From: Malacoraja senta
Lineage: Eukaryota
Direction: 5' to 3'
NCBI GenBank assembly: GCA_038087875.1
Contig: CM075995.1
Span: forward strand, 7,442,001 to 7,506,000
DNA length: 64,000 nucleotides
The notes beneath the pieces were generated by a model. That model did not search any database. It had not been told where the DNA came from and worked only from the letters and a program-made list of their open reading frames with translations. Positions 61,089-64,000 of this stretch are shown here, piece after piece. Position 1 is the first letter of the stretch. Each line of letters opens with the position of its first letter. The position numbers and the translations under genes are program-made.

Positions 61089-61904
61089 CCCTTCATCAGT
61101 CTGAAGAAGGGTCTCGACCCGAAAACTCACCCATTCATTCTCTCCAGAGATGCTGCCGATCCCGCTGGGTTGCTCCAGCAGTTTGTGTCTATCTCCGATT
61201 TAAACCAGCATCTGCAGTTCTTTCCTAAACATTAAAATGTAAATGCGCACCTATATATATCCTGCTCTTTGAAGGATTGTCTGCAACAGATTTCACTGAT
61301 GGGATTCTGACTTTTCTTGAATTGCAATGCAATCGCAACCTAGTACTGACATCCAAGACCGCAGGAAATTGGACGCAGCCCAGACCATCACACAAACCAA
61401 CCTCCCTTCCATTGACTCCATCTACACCTCACGCTGCCTCGGCAAGGCCGGCAGCGGAATCTGCACCCCGGCCACTCCATCTTCTCCCCTCTCCCATCGG
61501 GCAAATGGTACAGAAGTGTGAAAATGCACACCTCCAGTTTCTTCCCAGCTGTTATCAGGCAACTGAATCATCCTACCACAACAAGAGAACTACTATCCAC
61601 CTCGTTGGAGACCCTTGGACTACCCTTGATCGGACTTTGCTGGCTTATCGATTCATAGAGTCATAGAGTGAAACAGTGTGGGGAAAATCCCTTCGGCCCA
61701 ACTTGCCCACATCGGCCAACGTGTCCCAACTACACCAGTCCCACCTGCCCGCGTTTGGTCCATATCCTTCCAAACCTGTCCTATCCATGTACTTGTCTAA
61801 CTGTTTCTTAAATTTTGGGATAGTGCCAGCCTCAACTACCTCCCCTGGCAGCTTGTTCCATACACCCACCACCCTCTGTGTGAAAAAGTCACCCTTCAGA
61901 TTCA

Positions 61905-62270
61905 TAGAACCATAGAAACATAGAAAATAGGTGCAGGAGGAGGCCATTGGGCCCTTCGAGCCAGCACCGCCATTCATTGTGATCATGGCTGATCGTCCCC
62001 TATCAATAACCCGTGCCTGCCTTCTCCCCATATCCCTTGACTCCACCAGCCCCTAGAGCTCTATCTAACTCTCTCTTAAATCCATCCAGTGACTGGGCCT
62101 CCACTGCCCTCTGTGGCAGGGAATTCCATAAATTCACAACTCTCTGGTTGAAAAAGTTTTTTCTCACCTCAGTCTTAAATGACCTCCCCTTTATTCTAAG
62201 ACTGTGGCCCCTGGTTCTGGACTCGTCCAACATTGGGAACATTTTTCCTGCATCTAGCTTCTCCAGTCCA
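61905..62270 (-). mobile_element. CR1 LINE 3' fragment nested in another CR1-like fragment (about 61650-62370)
   Basis: ORF 62003-62296 (-) ends GYGEKAGTGY; the flanks are a second CR1 subfamily (GESRTSRHRFKVKGKRF). Confidence 0.85.
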
Positions 62271-62462
62271 TTCCTATAAAATCTTTTCCCCTTCACCTTA
62301 AACCTATGTCTGCTGGTCCTCGATTCCCCTACTCTGGGCAGGAGACTCTGTGCAACTATTCAATCTATTCCTCGCACTATGTTATTCACCTTTATTTACC
62401 TTGCACTAACCATGATTCCCTTATCATGTATCTGTACACTGTAAATGGCTTGATTGGTTAGC

Positions 62463-62887
62463 GACCGACTTCAGGAAGGCTCTGCAGAGGGTAGTGAGGG
62501 GAGCAGAGAAGATCATTGGCGTCTCCCTACCCTCGGTACAAGAACTGTTCCAGAGCCGCTGTCTGAAAAAAGCTCAGAGAATTGCTAAGGACAACTGCAC
62601 CCCCTCCACATACACCTGGATCTCCTGCCATCAGGCAAGAGATATCGCAGCATCAAAGCCCGGACTACAAGACTGCAAAACAGCTTCCTGCCATAAGCTG
62701 TGAGGCTGCTAAACAGCCACTCTGTACTCACAGTCACCTGATTCTGCGGCTTGGCACGGACACTTCAATAACCGGCACTGGCCACTTCAATAACTGGCAC
62801 TGGCCACTCAAATCAGCCACCCCGGAAATGTTTATGATTGGTTTTACTGTATTTTAACGTTGTTTTTATCTATTTTAACTTTATACT
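62463..62887 (+). mobile_element. Rex1/Babar LINE 3' fragment
   Basis: RKALQRVVRGAEKIIGVSLPS...LLPSGKRYRSIK.RTTRLQNSFLP motifs. Confidence 0.8.
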
Positions 62888-64000
62888 GGACTTCCGGTGG
62901 CGTCATGTTAGACTAACAGACGTGCACCCAGCTCCTCTCCCGAAAAACTTCACGATTTATCGTGTAAAACGGGTCCGAAAATCGGGATTGTTTTTAAAAA
63001 CCTTACCGGAGCTTCTGGTTACCGCGCTGATGACGTCATCGTTAAACGCGATGTTTTAAACGGTGGTTTGAAGCCCTTTAAATGAGTAAATTGACTCCAG
63101 CTGTGAGCCCTCAGAGAGCTGTGAATAAACTGTCGAAACAGTTCGAAACTGAAGTTACCTCTGAAGTCTCTGAAGTGGCTGCAGAAATGGATACAAGATC
63201 TAAGAAAGACTTTGATGACTTGAAAAAATCAATGAAAAATTTGAAAGATGAGATCTCGGATAATAGGGTGGAAGATAAGAAGGAAATGAAGGAAAATTCG
63301 GCAAAAATGATGGAAGGAATGCAGAAGATGATGAAGGATTTAAATGCTGGTAACCAGAAGAATATGACAGATTTACTGGACACTATGAATAAACGAATTG
63401 ATGAGGTGAAAGATGGACTATCAGAGAAAATGGATAAGATGGATGTAATTACTACGGATAAGTTCACGGCTGTACTTGAAACAGTAGCTGCAAGTATGCA
63501 GACAATCACGGAATTGGAGAAAAATACGGCACGACTGGTTGAAGACATGGCGAAATTGAGGCAAGAACATGAGCAAATGAGGCGAGAAAACGAACAAGCA
63601 TCACTACAAATGGGGACTCAATTAGAGAAAGTCTCATTCAAATGCCTGGACCTGGAAGCTCGTTCTAGACGCCAGAATCTGAGGATTCTTGGTGTTTCAG
63701 AGGGGGCAGAAGGGGAACAGGTACGTGAATTTGCCATGGGCTTGTTGAAACAACTGTTGAATCTTCCCAAGGAACCGAAAATCGAAGTGGCTCATCGTGT
63801 CCCAAGATTTGGAAAAAGATTTGATGCGGGAAAAGCTTATCCACGACATATTATAGTGAAATTTCGAGACACTGCAGAACTGGAATATGTTATGACCCAT
63901 ATCAAATATGGTGTACAATTACGGCTGGACAAAGACACTATTAAGATATTCAGGGACTACCCACATGAAATTGTGCAAAAAAGAAACAAATTTGATAAGG
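62888..64000 (+). mobile_element. 5' end of an L1 LINE (CpG-rich 5' UTR plus ORF1), continuing beyond the window
   Basis: Starts GGACTTCCGGTGGCG; uninterrupted ORF1 from 63082. Confidence 0.88.
63082..64000 (+). CDS. L1 ORF1p (Transposase_22 family: coiled coil, RRM, CTD), partial at the window edge
   Basis: ATG immediately after an in-frame TAA and no stop to 64000. Motifs DLEARSRRQNLRILGVSEG, IEVAHRV, PRHIIVKF and IKIFRDYP. Confidence 0.9.
   Translation, partial: MSKLTPAVSPQRAVNKLSKQFETEVTSEVSEVAAEMDTRSKKDFDDLKKSMKNLKDEISDNRVEDKKEMKENSAKMMEGMQKMMKDLNAGNQKNMTDLLDTMNKRIDEVKDGLSEKMDKMDVITTDKFTAVLETVAASMQTITELEKNTARLVEDMAKLRQEHEQMRRENEQASLQMGTQLEKVSFKCLDLEARSRRQNLRILGVSEGAEGEQVREFAMGLLKQLLNLPKEPKIEVAHRVPRFGKRFDAGKAYPRHIIVKFRDTAELEYVMTHIKYGVQLRLDKDTIKIFRDYPHEIVQKRNKFDK

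Noticed and set aside
63111..63548. 145-aa minus-strand ORF
   Set aside because: Antisense shadow of L1 ORF1.
1..64000. miR-187 and RPRD1A/GALNT1 exons, expected from human synteny with C18orf21
   Set aside because: No match to the recalled mature miR-187 sequence or to those proteins was seen by eye; a proper search is still needed.

Overview
Vertebrate nuclear DNA, most likely from a cartilaginous fish (shark/skate/ray), judged from HE1-type tRNA/V-SINEs and CR1 (HER1-like) LINEs. The window is dominated by nested transposon relics: CR1, Rex1/Babar, L2, L1, Penelope-derived repeats, a HERO-like derivative, hAT, Tc1, Harbinger and P-type MITEs, and a solo LTR. There are two 200-N assembly gaps. 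The only host gene I can support is C18orf21 (RMP24, an Rpp21/Snm1-like RNase MRP subunit) on the + strand, seen as a 23-bp microexon (8503-8525) and a 200-bp exon (9303-9502). I found neither its first exon nor its downstream exons, so most of the window may be one very large intron. Almost all ORFs in the supplied track are retroelement fragments or antisense/low-complexity noise. Most notable observations: (1) a 4.9-kb copy of adjacent host DNA enclosed between the putative ends of a hAT-like element (27815-34976); (2) many hammerhead-ribozyme-like motifs in Penelope-derived short repeats; (3) an internally deleted HERO-like retroelement whose 3' UTR can be drawn as a strand-permuted hammerhead; (4) several large hairpins; (5) a 5'-intact L1 running off the right end. 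Family assignments come from motif recognition and recall, not from database searches.
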